This document shows positions 11,733 through 25,382 of a DNA stretch of 64,000 nucleotides, piece by piece. The notes below the pieces were generated by a model, which did no database searches, had not been told where the DNA came from, and worked only from the letters and a program-made list of their open reading frames with translations. The position numbers and the translations under genes are program-made. This stretch comes from Eledone cirrhosa. Lineage: Eukaryota. Within the stretch, counting starts at the first letter, position 1; each line of letters begins with the position of its first letter. The DNA is taken from positions 32,302,001 through 32,366,000 of the forward strand of contig OZ024745.1 in NCBI GenBank assembly GCA_964016885.1, in the 5' to 3' direction.

Positions 11733-13632
11733 GTTTAGGTTTGAGGTAGTGCAATGTTAGGTTTCGCCAAGGAGATATCTTATATATTGTTTAGGTTTGA
11801 GGTAGTACAATGTTAGGTTTGGGCAAGGAGATATCTTATATATTGTTTAGGTTTCAGGTAGTAGAATGTTAGGTTTGGGCAAGGAGATATCTTATATATT
11901 GTTTAGGTTTCAGGTAGTAGAATGTTAGGTTTGGGCAAGGAAATATTTTATATATTGTTTAAGTTTGAGGTAGTAGAATGTTAGACTTGGGAAAGGAGAT
12001 ATTTTATATATTGTTTAGGTTTGAGGTAGTAGAATGTTAGGTTTGGGCAAGGAGATATCTTATATATTGTTTAGGTTTGAGGTAGTAGAATGTTAGGTTT
12101 GGGCAAGGAAATATTTTATATATTGTTTAAGTTTGAGGTAGTAGAATGTTAGGTTTGGGCAAGGCGATATCTTATATATTGTTTAGGTTTGAGGTAGTAG
12201 AATGTTAGGTTTGGGCAAGGCGATATCTTATATATTGTTTAGGTTTGAGGTAGTAGAATGTTAGGTTTGGGCAAGGAGATATCTTATATATTGTTTAGGT
12301 TTGAGGTAGTAGAATGTTAGGTTTGGGCAAGGCGATATCTTATATATTGTTTAGGTTTGAGGTAGTAGAATGTTAGGTTTGGGCAAGGAGATATCTTATA
12401 TATTGTTTAGGTTTGAGGTGGTAGAATGTTAGGTTTGGGCAGGAGATATCTTATATATTGTTTAGGTTTGAGGTAGTAGAATGTTAGGTTTGGGCAGGAG
12501 ATATCTTATATATTGTTTAGGTTTGAGGTAGTAGAATGTTAGGTTTGGGCAAGGAGATATCTTATATATTGTTTAGGTTTGAGGTAGTAGAATGTTAGGT
12601 TTGGGCAAGGCGATATCTTATATATTGTTTAGGTTTGAGGTAGTAGAATGTTAGGTTTGGGCAAGGAGATATCTTATATATTGTTTAGGTTTGAGGTGGT
12701 AGAATGTTAGGTTTGGGCAGGAGATATCTTATATATTGTTTAGGTTTGAGGTAGTAGAATGTTAGGTTTGGGCAGGAGATATCTTATATATTGTTTAGGT
12801 TTGAGGTAGTAGAATGTTAGGTTTGGGCAAGGAGATATCTTATATATTGTTTAGGTTTGAGGTAGTAGAATGTTAGGTTTGGGCAAGGAGATATCTTATA
12901 TATTGTTTAGGTTTGAGGTAGTAGAATGTTAGGTTTGGGCAGGAGATATCTTATATATTGTTTAGGTTTGAGGTAGTAGAATGTTAGGTTTGGGCAAGGA
13001 GATATCTTATATATTGTTAGGTTTGAGGTAGTAGAATGTTAGGTTTGGGCAAGGCGATATCTTATATATTGTTTAGGTTTGAGGTAGTAGAATGTTAGGT
13101 TTGGGCAAGGAAATATTTTATATATTGTTTAGGTTTGAGGTAGTAGAATGTTAGGTTTGGGCAAGGAGATATCTTATATATTGTTAGGTTTGAGGTAGTA
13201 GAATGTTAGGTTTGGGTAAGGAGATATCTTATATATTGTTTAGGTTTGAGGTAGTAGAATGTTAGGTTTGGGCAAGGAAATATTTTATATATTGTTTAGG
13301 TTTGAGGTAGTAGAATGTTAGGTTTGGGCAAGGAAATATTTTATATATTGTTTAGGTTTGAGGTAGTAGAATGTTAGGTTTGGGCAAGGAGATATCTTAT
13401 ATATTGTTAGGTTTGAGGTAGTAGAATGTTAGGTTTGGGTAAGGAGATATCTTATATATTGTTTAGGTTTGAGGTAGTAGAATGTTAGGTTTGGGCAAGG
13501 AAATATTTTATATATTGTTTAGGTTTGAGGTAGTAGAATGTTAGGTTTGGGCAAGGAAATATTTTATATATTGTTTAGGTTTGAGGTAGTAGAATGTTAG
13601 GTTTGGGCAAGGAGATATCTTATATATTGTTT
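11733..13632. repeat. 56-bp minisatellite, about 34 copies
   Basis: Unit tttaggtttgaggtagtagaatgttaggtttgggcaaggagatatcttatatattg; 56-bp period measured from 12182 to 12238. Confidence 0.95.
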
Positions 13633-13768
13633 CATGTGTCTGGCGCTGGGTCTGGAGTGAATTTCTCTTCTGGATTTAAATCTTACTTAACTGAGTAATT
13701 GTGATTTCTATATAAAATAATTCTTATATATGCATGCACACACACACACTTATATATACATGCATATA

Positions 13769-14108
13769 CATCATCATCATCATCTCATTTTACATCCGCT
13801 TTCCCTTCTTGCAAGGGTGGGACGGGAACTGATTCTGGCCTCATTTTTACAGCTGGAAGCCCTTCCTAACACCAACCTCATTTACAGTGAGTGCTGGATG
13901 CTTTTTTCCGTGGCACCTACACGACCACTTTACAGTTGAATGATATGGACCCCAGTCCCTATCATCTCATTTCTACAGCTGAGTATACTGGAGCAATGTG
14001 AAATAAGGTGTCTTGCTCAAGGAAACAACACACCGCCCGGTCTGAGAATTGAACTCACAACCTTTCGATTGTAAGGTCAATGCTCTAACCACTAAGCCAT
14101 GTGCCTCC
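13769..14108 (-). mobile_element. Full-length composite SINE: tRNA head + CORE + family-C (Ceph-like) domain + (TGA)n tail
   Basis: Closely similar over its whole length to 20849-21178; box A tggcttagtggttagag and box B gagttcaattc on the minus strand. Confidence 0.8.
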
Positions 14109-15690
14109 ATACATACATACATACATACATACACACATATATATAAATACATACACACATATATATACATATATATATATATATATACATACATACACAC
14201 ATATATACATACATACACACATATATATATATATATACATACACACATATATATATATATATACATACACACATATATATATATATATACATACACACAT
14301 ATATATATATATATACATACACACATATATATATATATATACATACACACATATATATATATATATATATATACATACACACATATATATATATATATAT
14401 ATATACATACACACATATATATATATATATACATACACACACACATATATATATATATATACATACACACATATATATATATATACATACACATATATAT
14501 ATACATACACACACATATATATATATACATACATACACACATATATATTTATATATACATACACACATATATATTTATATATACATACACACATATATAT
14601 TTATATATACATACACACATATATATATATATACATACACACATATATATATATATACATACACACATATATATATATATACATACACACATATATATAT
14701 ATATACATACACACATATATATATATATATACATACACACATATATATATATATATACATACACACATATATATATATATATACATACACACATATATAT
14801 ATATATATACATACACACATATATATATATATACATACACACATATATATATATATACATACACACATATATATATATACATACACACATATATATATAT
14901 ATACATACACACATATATATATATATATACATACACACATATATATATATATATACATACACACATATATATATATATATACATACACACACATATATAT
15001 ATATACATACACACATATATATATATATACATACACACATATATATATATATATATACATACACACATATATATATATATATACATACACACATATATAT
15101 ATATATATACATACACACACATATATATATATATATACATACACACACATATATATATATATACATACACACACATATATATATATATACATACACACAC
15201 ATATATATATATATACATACACACACATATATATATATATACATACACACACATATATATATATATATACATACACACATATATATATATATACATACAT
15301 ACACATATATATATATATATACACACATATATATATATATATACATACACACATATATATATACATACACACACATATATATATACATACACACACATAT
15401 ATATATATACATACACACACATATATATATATATACATACACACACATATATATATATATACATACACACACATATATATATATATACATACACACACAT
15501 ATATATATATATACATACACACACATATATATATATATACATACACACATATATATATATATATATACATACATACACATATATATATATATACATACAC
15601 ACATATATATATATATACATACACACATATATATATATATACATACACACATATATATATATATACATACACACATATATATATATATAT

Positions 15691-15721
<31 letters not shown>

Positions 15722-15774
15722 CATACATACACATATATATATATATATACATACATACACATATATATATATAT

Positions 15775-15805
<31 letters not shown>

Positions 15806-15924
15806 CATACACATATATATATATATATATATACATACACATATATATATATATATATATATACATACACATATATATATATACATACACATATATATAT
15901 ATATACACACACACATATATATAT

Positions 15925-15971
<47 letters not shown>

Positions 15972-16132
15972 TATATATACACACACACATATACATGCAT
16001 ACACACACATATACATGCATACACACATATATATATATACAAACAGACATATATATACATACAGACATATATATACATACAGACATATATATACATACAG
16101 ACATATATATACATACATATATATATACATAC

Positions 16133-16175
<43 letters not shown>

Positions 16176-16197
16176 CATATATATATACATACACACG
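14109..16197. repeat. About 2-kb compound microsatellite [(TA)n CATACACACA]n
   Basis: Directly visible; it produces several spurious ORFs. Confidence 0.95.
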
Positions 16198-16884
16198 TAG
16201 CCATCTCCTCTTTTCTACACTATCCCTTGCATATCTACTGCTACTACTTACTTGTCGCCAGACCATTCATTTTGTCTTTCAGCCGCTAACAATGCTAAGT
16301 AGCGCACATAATTTTTTCGCTTCATATATCATATAATGAAAGTCAATTTTCCCTTGCTTCTGGCGTCTTGTGTGACACATTTACATGCACAGTCTATGGC
16401 CCATACAAATCTAGTTGTAAATGTTCATGTAAATATGTATCCCTTTTGGTCCAAAAGACACCCACCAATTTCTTCCTGTTTATTCTTTGTTTTGTTATCA
16501 TCTTACAAGCATCACACCAAAAAGAGCAGGCTCTGATCTGTTACACAAACTGGCATTACATGTGAAGTACCACTTTAATGTACAAAACTGCACTGCTAGC
16601 AAGGTGGCTGACAAGGTAATGATGCATTAGTCTATTTGTGTTATGTAAATGTACATTTTATACTGATATATACGTGTGTATATATATATATACGTATATA
16701 TATATATATAAATATAAAGAGAGAGAAAGAGAGAGGTAGATAAATAGATATAGACATTTACATAAACATATATATGCATAAATGTGTGTGTGAGCAGGCA
16801 TGGATGTGTACGTGTTACAGGAGAAAGAGAGAACTCTAAATGGATAAACAACAAAATGTAGATAGACAGATAGATAAATAGATA

Positions 16885-17427
16885 AATTTCTTTATTAGCC
16901 ACAAGGGCACAAAACAAGGGGACAAATACAAATGGGGAGTTTACATACAGGTATATGAAAATAAAACTATTAATACAATAACAAATAACAATTGAAATCC
17001 CCAATAGGGGAGAGGTGTTACACAGGGGTTGTACACACCCCGAAAAAATGTACAACCCTCATCTCCAGGAGCACCAAGAGTGAGTACTCCCTTCCTCTCT
17101 TCCTCAACCTACAGGCTTATATAGAGAGAAGGCCCAACCACTCAGGCCATCTTTGCCACATTCACCCACCTTTTATAAAATTTGCTGGGGTACAGCACCT
17201 CTCTCTCCATCCTGATTCTTCTTCCAAAATGATATTTGAAAAAACGAATCAGTTGCTCGCCGGAGAGAAAGGTGTCTGACCTCAGCCCTTTTAACCTCGT
17301 CCACCATATAACCTGTTTCACCATAGCCATAACACAGAGGAAAACCGCCTCTCCCTCGTTTTTGAAGGAGGGTGGCGGTTTGATCATGACAATGGACTCG
17401 GTGGTCAACTGGATTAGTCCCACCCAC
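16885..17427 (-). mobile_element. 5'-truncated Tx1-clade LINE 3' end with a 20-bp target-site duplication
   Basis: Homologous to 17571-18120. gacagatagataaatagata is duplicated exactly at 16865-16884 and 17428-17447. Confidence 0.8.
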
Positions 17428-17570
17428 GACAGATAGATAAATAGATATATAGACAAACAGACAGATTAATAAATAAATAGACAGATAGATAGCTAAATAA
17501 ATAGGACAGACAGGCAGATAAATAGATAGATAGATAGATAGATAGATAGACAGATGAATAAATAGATAGA

Positions 17571-19627
17571 TATCTTTATTTGCCACAGGGGCACACAAAA
17601 ATGGGACATTACAAGACGTGACGGCGGGGGTTTTACATAAAATCTTTAACAATAATAAATAACAAACTATATAAAAGTAAAACAAATGAAATCCCCATTG
17701 AGGGGGAGGGGGTAACGCTACTGCAGGGTTGTTTTGCACCCTGTGGATAGAACCCTCAACACCAGGAACACGTTTTGTAGGTGTTCCTGTCTTCCCTCTG
17801 TTTATCTTCCTCAACCTACAGGTTTATATACAGAGAAGGCCCATTCACTCGGGCCATTTTCGCCACATTCACCCACCTTTCAGTGAATTTACTGGGGTGT
17901 AGCACCTCTCTCTCCACTCTCACCTTCCTTCTGAAGTGCTACTTAAAGAAGGGGATGAGTTGTTGTCCGGAGAGAAAGGTGTTGCCCTCAGTCCTTTTAA
18001 CCTCGTCCACCAGTCCACCATAGCCACAGACAGAGGAAAACCGCCTCTCCTTCATTCTTAAATGAAGGTGGCGGGGGTGATCCTCACAATGGACTTGGCT
18101 GACAACTGGATGCGTCCCACACGTGACAGTAGCTGTTCGACATAATTCCACAAGTCGGTCACCCCTGGGCACTGAACAATTGCATGCAGGACGGTTTCGA
18201 TGTCCTGCTCGCATCTTGGACAGGTCCTTTTGGCAGGATCTCTGCCAAGGCGTCCGTGCCTGTAGATTTTGTCTCGAACTGGTAGAGCTCCTCGGTAGCA
18301 CTGCCAGGCCAGAGACCTCTGGAAGTTATCCATAGGCCCTGGACCACCCGAACAGACTGGTCAGTTCGTCCTCCTCGATGCCTAGAGTTTTCCCAAGAAC
18401 ATTGTCGCACTTATCCTCCACTAATCCCCTATAGAATGTCGAAGTGGAGTCTCCGCTGATTGCCGTTTCCGCTTGGTAGAGGGCTGTGAGCGCCTGAAGG
18501 CACTCGAGGTGCCAGGCGCCCATTTTCGGTCTTCGCTTGACCCAGGACTGCAGCTCTGTTAGTGAGACGAGTTGTGGAAGAGCTCGTCTCACAAACGACA
18601 GCCACACCAGTTCACCAGTCAGGAATACATGGAGATGACGTAACCTCAGCGCGTCTTTGCGCATCATCAGCCACGGCATGCTCAGCCCTCCGTTAGAAGG
18701 GTGTTGACAGCAGATGAATCTCCTCACCAATGGAGCCTGTTTCTTCCAGAGGAACTTGAGAGTAGGCGTGCCATTTTGATGAGGTATTCGCAGGGACAAG
18801 GTACAACTGTCAAGCAATAGTAGATGACGGACGCTATGTAAGTGTTCGCCACCTCCACTCGACCTTTCAAGGAGAGTTTGCACTCAGCCCACTTCTGGAT
18901 GAGTGCAAACACCTTCGGTGTGACCTCGATCCAGTTCTTGTCCACCATTGAGGTCTGGACCAAACCAGACCAATTTCACTGGTCTTTCCATCCAGCATCC
19001 AACAACACTGTCGGAAGGCATGGGTTTGCCTCACTATGTGCCGAGTTGCAAACCGACAGACTTGTTTGGGTTTAGTCTTGCTCCTGTCAATGTTTCGTAT
19101 TCCTGTAATAGGTTGCCGATTACCCCGATTTCCAAGGTTTTCGACACCATTATGGTTACGTCATCGGCATAGGCTGACGCTGCTTTCCGCAGTCCTGGTT
19201 CGATTGGGATGCCCAGCAACAGTTCCAACTTCCGCAGTAATGGCTCGAGAGTTAGTACATACAGAATGGAGGAGAAAGGGCATCTTTGACGGATGGAACG
19301 CATGATTTGGAATGGCTCCGATAGGCAGCCAATCACCTTGACTGCCGATCAGATGCTGGTGTGCATGGCAGCGATCTAGCCTCTGAAGACGGGACCAAAG
19401 CTGGCCGCCTTGAGAAGTATTGATGGTCGACCCTATCAAATGCCTTAGACTGATCTAAATTGATCAGAGCCCCACCGAAGCCAGGTTTACACCCTACCCT
19501 CTCTATGATGTATCGCATGAGGTGGAGGTTGTCGTGTATGGACCTGGTCAGGATTGCACACGTTTGCGCTTCCCCTACCAGGTTCCCGATGACAAGCGCC
19601 AGCCTCGTTGCTAACACCTTGGCCAAA
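17571..19627 (-). pseudogene. 5'-truncated, frameshifted Tx1/L1-clade LINE ORF2 (RT domain + C-terminal zinc finger)
   Basis: Translated motifs in order: LDQSKAFDRVDH, SIRQRCPFSSILY, AYADDVT, KLSLKGRVEVANTYIASVIYY, GGLSMP, LAWQCYRGALPVRDK..CPRC..ETVLHAIVQC. AATAAA at the 3' end. Confidence 0.9.
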
Positions 19628-20066
19628 GATAGACAGACAGACGAATAAATAGATAGATAGATAGATAGATAGATAGACAGGCAGACTGACAGATGGATAA
19701 ATAAATAGATAGACTGACAGATGGATAAATAAATAGATAGACAGACAAACAGGTAGATAGGCAGACAGACATATAAATAGATAGATAGATAGATTTGTAG
19801 TGTTTGCTAAAAGAAATTCAGCACAAAAAATGTGTTTGCATATAGACCGAGACCTTTGGCGTTACTCAGTAATAGAGAAGACCCGCCTTACCTAAATACA
19901 AAGTAAAAACCTACTACAGTCAGTGGGCATCTCTATCAAAACACCCCCCACGTCCCACCACCTCCACCCCATCCACACCGCCCCTTTCAATGTAAAAGTA
20001 TTTTGGTCCCACAACATCCAGGCCGAAACAAATGAGATCGTGTAGGTGTCACGACAAAAAAACACA

Positions 20067-20410
20067 CAGTCCACGCTGTAAATGTGGCCGTGTAGGCAAC
20101 ACGGTAAAAACCTCCCAGCCCCACACTGTAAATGTGGTTGGTGTTAGGAAGGGCATCCAGCTGTAGAAAACCCGCCAGACAGTCCACGCTGTAATGTGGC
20201 CGTGTAGGCAACACGGTAAAAACCTCCCAGCCCCACACTGTAAATGTGGTTGGTGTTAGGAAGGGCATCCAACTGTAGAAAACCCGCCAGACAGTCCTAT
20301 GCGAGCAAGACAACCACTCTTGCCTCAAGTGGGAAAACCCCCGTCCAAACCCATGCAAGCGTGGAACACGGACGCTAAACCTGATGATGATGATGATGAT
20401 GATGATGATA
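20067..20410 (+). mobile_element. SINE family C with an internal tandem duplication of about 113 bp
   Basis: cagtccacgctgtaaatgtggccgtgtagg...ggaagggcatccagctgtagaaaacccgccaga occurs twice, followed by ggacgctaaac(tga)n. Confidence 0.75.
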
Positions 20411-20622
20411 AGTAGTTCTATAATTATTCTCCTTATGTAGAGAACAAAACGTTGAATAATGCTGCTAATTTTAGTGGCAATTCGACATGTTTATAATATC
20501 CAGCTTTTATCAGCGACCTGATTATGCGTGTGTGTCATTTTAACGGCTTGACCGCATGCGTTGGGCAGGGAGCATAATATTTACTTGCTATAAGGCTTGA
20601 TACCTTATGGCGTGGAAATAGG

Positions 20623-20703
20623 GCTGTCTGAAGATTCATTTCTTTCCATTGGAAATTCGTTGGATTTTCAATCTTTCGGAATGATGAAACCGTCGGTAAC
20701 AGC
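20623..20703 (+). ncRNA. Minimal type I hammerhead ribozyme with a long stem II
   Basis: gctgt CTGAAGA ttcatttc...ggaatgat GAAA ccg-t-cgg TA^ acagc; the cassette ends in (TA)n at about 20777. Confidence 0.85.
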
Positions 20704-20775
20704 GTCTGAACAGGTGATTATTTAATCATTTTTTAATTTATTTAGAAAGTTGTTTAATAACCGCTTGCTTCGCTA

Positions 20776-20823
<48 letters not shown>

Positions 20824-20848
20824 GTGTGTGTGTGTGTGTATATATATA

Positions 20849-21178
20849 TCATCATCATTTTACGTCTGCTTTTTCCCTGCTTGCAAGGGTGCAACGGGAA
20901 CTGATTCTGGCTTCATTTCTACAGCTGGATGCCCTTCCTAACACCAACCTCATTTACAGTGAGTGCTGGGTGGTTTTTGCCGTGGCACCTCCATGACCAC
21001 TTTGCAGTGGAATGATAGGGACCCCAGTCCCTACCATCTCATTTCTACAGCTGAGTAAACTGGAGTAATGTGAAATAAAGTGTCTTGCTCAAGGAAGCAA
21101 CACATCACCCAGTCTGAGAATTGAACTCAACCTTTCAATTGCAAGGCCAATGCTCTAACCACTAAGCCATGTGCCTCC
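20849..21178 (-). mobile_element. Composite SINE (same family as 13769-14108)
   Basis: Colinear similarity over about 330 bp. Confidence 0.8.
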
Positions 21179-21476
21179 ATATATATAAATATATGTATGT
21201 GTCTGCATAATTACACCCACACAACATTCCCATCAATCTCTCTGAATGGTGAATGCCATTGAAAAGTGATGCAGTAGTGTGTACATATAATTGTTTCTAC
21301 TTGTTAGCACAAGGCCAGCAATAAAACAGTGTATTACTGGTACTTTATCTTATCCACCCCGTATGTGTGTACATATAGTGTGTACATATAATGTGTGTCA
21401 ATGTCTACTGGTTATTTTCTTTCTGTTGATTGGATAAATCAACCAAGCTACATTACATGCATGAACGCACACACAT

Positions 21477-21533
<57 letters not shown>

Positions 21534-21885
21534 ATTATATAATATATATATATTATATTATTTATATTATATATATACTATATTATTTCGCCGAGGTTGA
21601 CTTTGCCTTTCATCCTTACAGGGGTCGATAAAATAAAGTACCAGTAATGCACTGGGTAATTGCTGGCCTTGTGCCTAAAGTAGAAACAATTATTTATATT
21701 ATATATATGTTATTTATATTATATATATATTATATATTATATATATATTATATTATATATATACATTATATTATACACATATATATATTATATTATATAT
21801 ATATATATATTATATTATATATATATTATATATATGTATATATATGTGTGTGTATTATATTATATTATATTATATAAATATAATG

Positions 21886-21917
<32 letters not shown>

Positions 21918-22376
21918 TATATTTATATAATATATATATACATATATATATTTTGGCTTGGTTTCTACGGCTGGATGCCTTACCCCAACTACTTTGAAAT
22001 GTTTATTGGGAGCATTTTATCATGGCACTCGAACTATCAGCTTACAAGTTGGACTGGAGTCCTGTTGGTTATGTTTGGATGTCCTACTTGGTGCTTTGCA
22101 TCTGGTGACCAGAGAAGCAAGTTTCCCTGCAAGTTCATCATGGCAGGAAACATAACCAGCTAGAGCCTATGTCAGGATCAAACTTTCAATGCAATCATGA
22201 CTGATCATCATAAAGAACATTGTAGGTTGTGTGACTTTGTCATGAAATGTTGAACACCACACGTAACATCTTGGTTTAGGAACCATCAAGTTTCCCTGAG
22301 TGACACAGAGTCCAGGATTCTGAACCATATAGTAGATGTATTCTATCATTGACATTCGTTATTTATTCATTTCAAA

Positions 22377-22556
22377 GGCAGTATCGGCAGAGGGTCGGAC
22401 ACTATGCTTTGCAGCAAAGAGTTACGGCCCTTTATGGTCTGAGTTCAAATCCCACCAGGGGTTAACTTTCCCTTTCATCCTTACGGGGTCGATAAAATAA
22501 AGTACCAGTAATGTACTGGGTATTTGCTGGCCTTGTGCCAAAAGTAGAAACAATTA
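22377..22556 (+). mobile_element. SINE family A with a 16-bp target-site duplication
   Basis: ttatttattcatttca at 22359-22374 and 22554-22569; core cctttcatccttacggggtcgataaaataaagtacc. Confidence 0.88.
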
Positions 22557-22965
22557 TTTATTCATTTCATTTCCAAAACGTGTGAACCTCCTGCAAATTA
22601 AACTAATCAGTTTAGATATTTTCTCTACTCTGTATTAACATGTAGAGCATTGCTATAGTAATATTCCTTTTTACAGAGAATTATAAGAGTAGTTATTCTC
22701 TGTTGACATAGCCAATAAATGTTGAAAATTTTGCATAAGAATAAAATGTGTTTCTATATACAGAAAAATATTCATTATTTTTGCAAAAGAGGTTTCTAAT
22801 TTGGAAGTCTGTATATGGCTTTTATTATTTTTTTTATTTATTTATTATCTATTTCTTTACTCTTATTATTTATTACCCTTTATCTTTATTACCCTTTATC
22901 TTTAGATTTTATCATTTTCAAACATGAATAGACTCACTTTCCTTAAACCTCAGAGTAGTTTAAAC

Positions 22966-23305
22966 CAGGGGTTCTCAACCTTTTTTTCACTGAGGACTAC
23001 CAAAATAAGTAATTTTTTCCTGTGGACCACCTAAACTTTAAAATCTTTTGTAATAGAACTGCTACTTATAAGCATCATTAGATGTGTTTTTTTTCAATGA
23101 ATTAGAAAATGCCATTATCATGTCGCAGTGCCTAAAAATCTACGCAAATAAACAGCTGAAGTCGTACTTATGCGAAGAATAAGAATAGCGCTTTAAGTCA
23201 AATGCATGGATCAAAAGAGAATTTGCTATTGAAAATTTTCTGTGGACCACCTGAATTTTCCTGTGGACCACTAGTGGTCCACATGGACCAGGTTGAGAAC
23301 CCCTG
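22966..23305. mobile_element. hAT-superfamily MITE, 340 bp
   Basis: Perfect TIR CAGGGGTTCTCAACC / GGTTGAGAACCCCTG with an exact 8-bp TSD GTTTAAAC (22958-22965 and 23306-23313). Confidence 0.93.
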
Positions 23306-23904
23306 GTTTAAACAGTTGATATTTGTACTCATCTGGTAAACCTGTAACCTAAAGAGTTGAACCCTATCATTACATAATTGTGGATAGCTTTGAGCTGGGC
23401 TACAGGTGAAACATGTAACAAAATAGACATATGATGTTAAACTGAACTCTCTCTCTCTCCCTCTCTCTCAGTATATATATCATCATCACCTTTCAACGTC
23501 CATTTTTTACATATATATACATATCTTTTAATGACCCAATTAGTATTAATGGCCATGAGAAGAAGTGATATATATATATATATATATATAAATATAATAT
23601 ATATAATATAATATATAGACATACACGTGTGTGTATGTGTATCTTGAGAGTACATGTATATTTTAAAAAACTTGTTCTTGTCTTTCCATGCATTTGTGTG
23701 TGTGTGTGTATGCATGGGTGTGTGTGGAGGGGATTTGGTATGCTCTTTCATGACTCCATATTCTTTGTACAGGAACTACATTCCTGAGAGTATGTATGAA
23801 TCTATTATCTATCAATGTACATTCTTATATTGATCTTCAATGATCATGTTTAAATCTAAGTAGTAAGTCTACAAAGAGGCTTCAGAACAGTATAATAATG
23901 ATAA

Positions 23905-24240
23905 TAATTGTTTCTACTTTTGGCACAAGGCCAGCAATTATCTCAGTACATTACTGGTACTTTATTTTATCGACCCCATAAGGATGAAAGGCAAAGTTAA
24001 CCTCAACGAGATTTGAACTCAGAATGGCAAGGGCCGTAACTCTATGCGTCAAAGCATGGCATCCGACCCTCTACCAATACTGCCAATCCACCATATAATA
24101 ATGATAATAATGGTTTCCAATTTAGGCACAAGGCCAGAAATTTGGGGGGAAGGGAAAGTCGATTAAATCGACCCTAGTACGTTACTGGTGCTTTATTTTA
24201 TTGACCCCGTAAGGATGTATGGCAAAGCTAACCTTGTCTG
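23905..24240 (-). mobile_element. Two adjacent SINE family A copies
   Basis: Reverse complement of the family A consensus, embedded in (AAT)n. Confidence 0.82.
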
Positions 24241-24329
24241 ATGCTAATAATAGGAAGGAGGAGGGGAGGGAGGATGAGGAAGAGGAGTAAATTGTAAGGT
24301 ATGCAAGAATTGAGAATAGATGCCGAGAG

Positions 24330-24485
24330 AATGTGGAATATGAATGCAAGAGTGGTACCAATTTTTATTGAACTTGGGTTGGTGACAGAAAACCTCCAGA
24401 AAAACTTTCATAGAATTACGGCTTGCAAAAAACAACACTTTGGATAACAGCAAAAATCTTGTGGAATGTACTGTCTCTCTGAGGT
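24330..24485 (+). pseudogene. Older R4/Dong-like ORF C-terminus
   Basis: With frameshifts it translates to WNMNARVVPIF...LQKTTLWITAKILWNVLSL*, parallel to the end of the 24594 ORF. Confidence 0.5.
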
Positions 24486-24563
24486 TACATAACTTGATAG
24501 GAAGCTAATTAGATCATCCAGTGTTAATAAGATCATCACTGTGGAAATGAAGGATTAGCCCAC

Positions 24564-25190
24564 TGTAGGATCTGTGGAGAGAGAGAGGAGACTGTGGCTC
24601 ACATTGTATCCAAGTGTAAACACCTAGCCCAGACTCACTATAAAGGCTGGAGACATGATGTGATAGGCAGGGTGATCCACTGGCACCTATGCAAAGTAAA
24701 CAATTTACCACATTCTGAGAAGTGGTATGAGCATAAGCCAGAGTCGGTGATAGAAAACGATCAGGTGAAGGTGCTATGGGATTTTAGGATACAGACGGAC
24801 AAGAAACTGGAACACAATAGGCCTGACCTGCTGGTTTTGGACAAGGAAAAAAGATCATGCCTGATTGTAGATGTAGCCTGCCCATTTGGCACGAGAGTGC
24901 AAGAAAAGGAGAGGGAGAAAATTAACCGATACCAGGACTTAAAGTGGGAGGTAAAAAGGATTTGGAACTGCCATGAAGTGAGAGTCATTCCGATTGTCAT
25001 AGGCGCACTAGGTACTATCCCAAAGAGTTTCCAAGGATGGTTAAAGAAAATTAGTCCAGCCCCACTTTTTGGAACACTTCAAAAGGCATACTTGCTGGGA
25101 ACAGCAAGAACCCTCCGATACGTCCTGAATATCTGAGGCTGCAGGTAGCGGCTTGATATTCATTTCAACGACTGAGATTCAAAGAATAAT
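24564..25190 (+). mobile_element. 5'-truncated R4/Dong-clade non-LTR retrotransposon (CCHC finger + restriction-like endonuclease)
   Basis: CRICGEREETVAHIVSKC, RHD, LWDF..TDKKLEHNRPDL, IVDVACP, K..RYQDL, IPIVIGALG, LQKAYLLGTA. Stop at 25136, short 3' UTR, then (AAT)n. Confidence 0.9.
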
Positions 25191-25195
25191 AATAA

Positions 25196-25382
25196 TAATT
25201 GTTTCTACTTTTGGCACAAGGCCAGCAATTATCCCAGTGTATTACTGGTACTTTATTTTATCGACCCCATAAGGATGAAAGGCAAAATTAACCTCGGCGG
25301 GATTTGAACTCAGACCATAAAGGGCCATAACTCTTTGCTGCAAAGCATGGCATCAGACCCTCCACCAATACTGCCAATCCAC
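25196..25382 (-). mobile_element. SINE family A
   Basis: Reverse complement of 34434-34620. Confidence 0.88.

Noticed and set aside
11733-13632. CRISPR-like array or telomeric TTAGG repeat
   Set aside because: Units are head-to-tail with no unique spacers, the context is eukaryotic, and TTAGG is not tandemly repeated.
13973-16336. ORFs of 500-750 aa
   Set aside because: Same microsatellite artefact.
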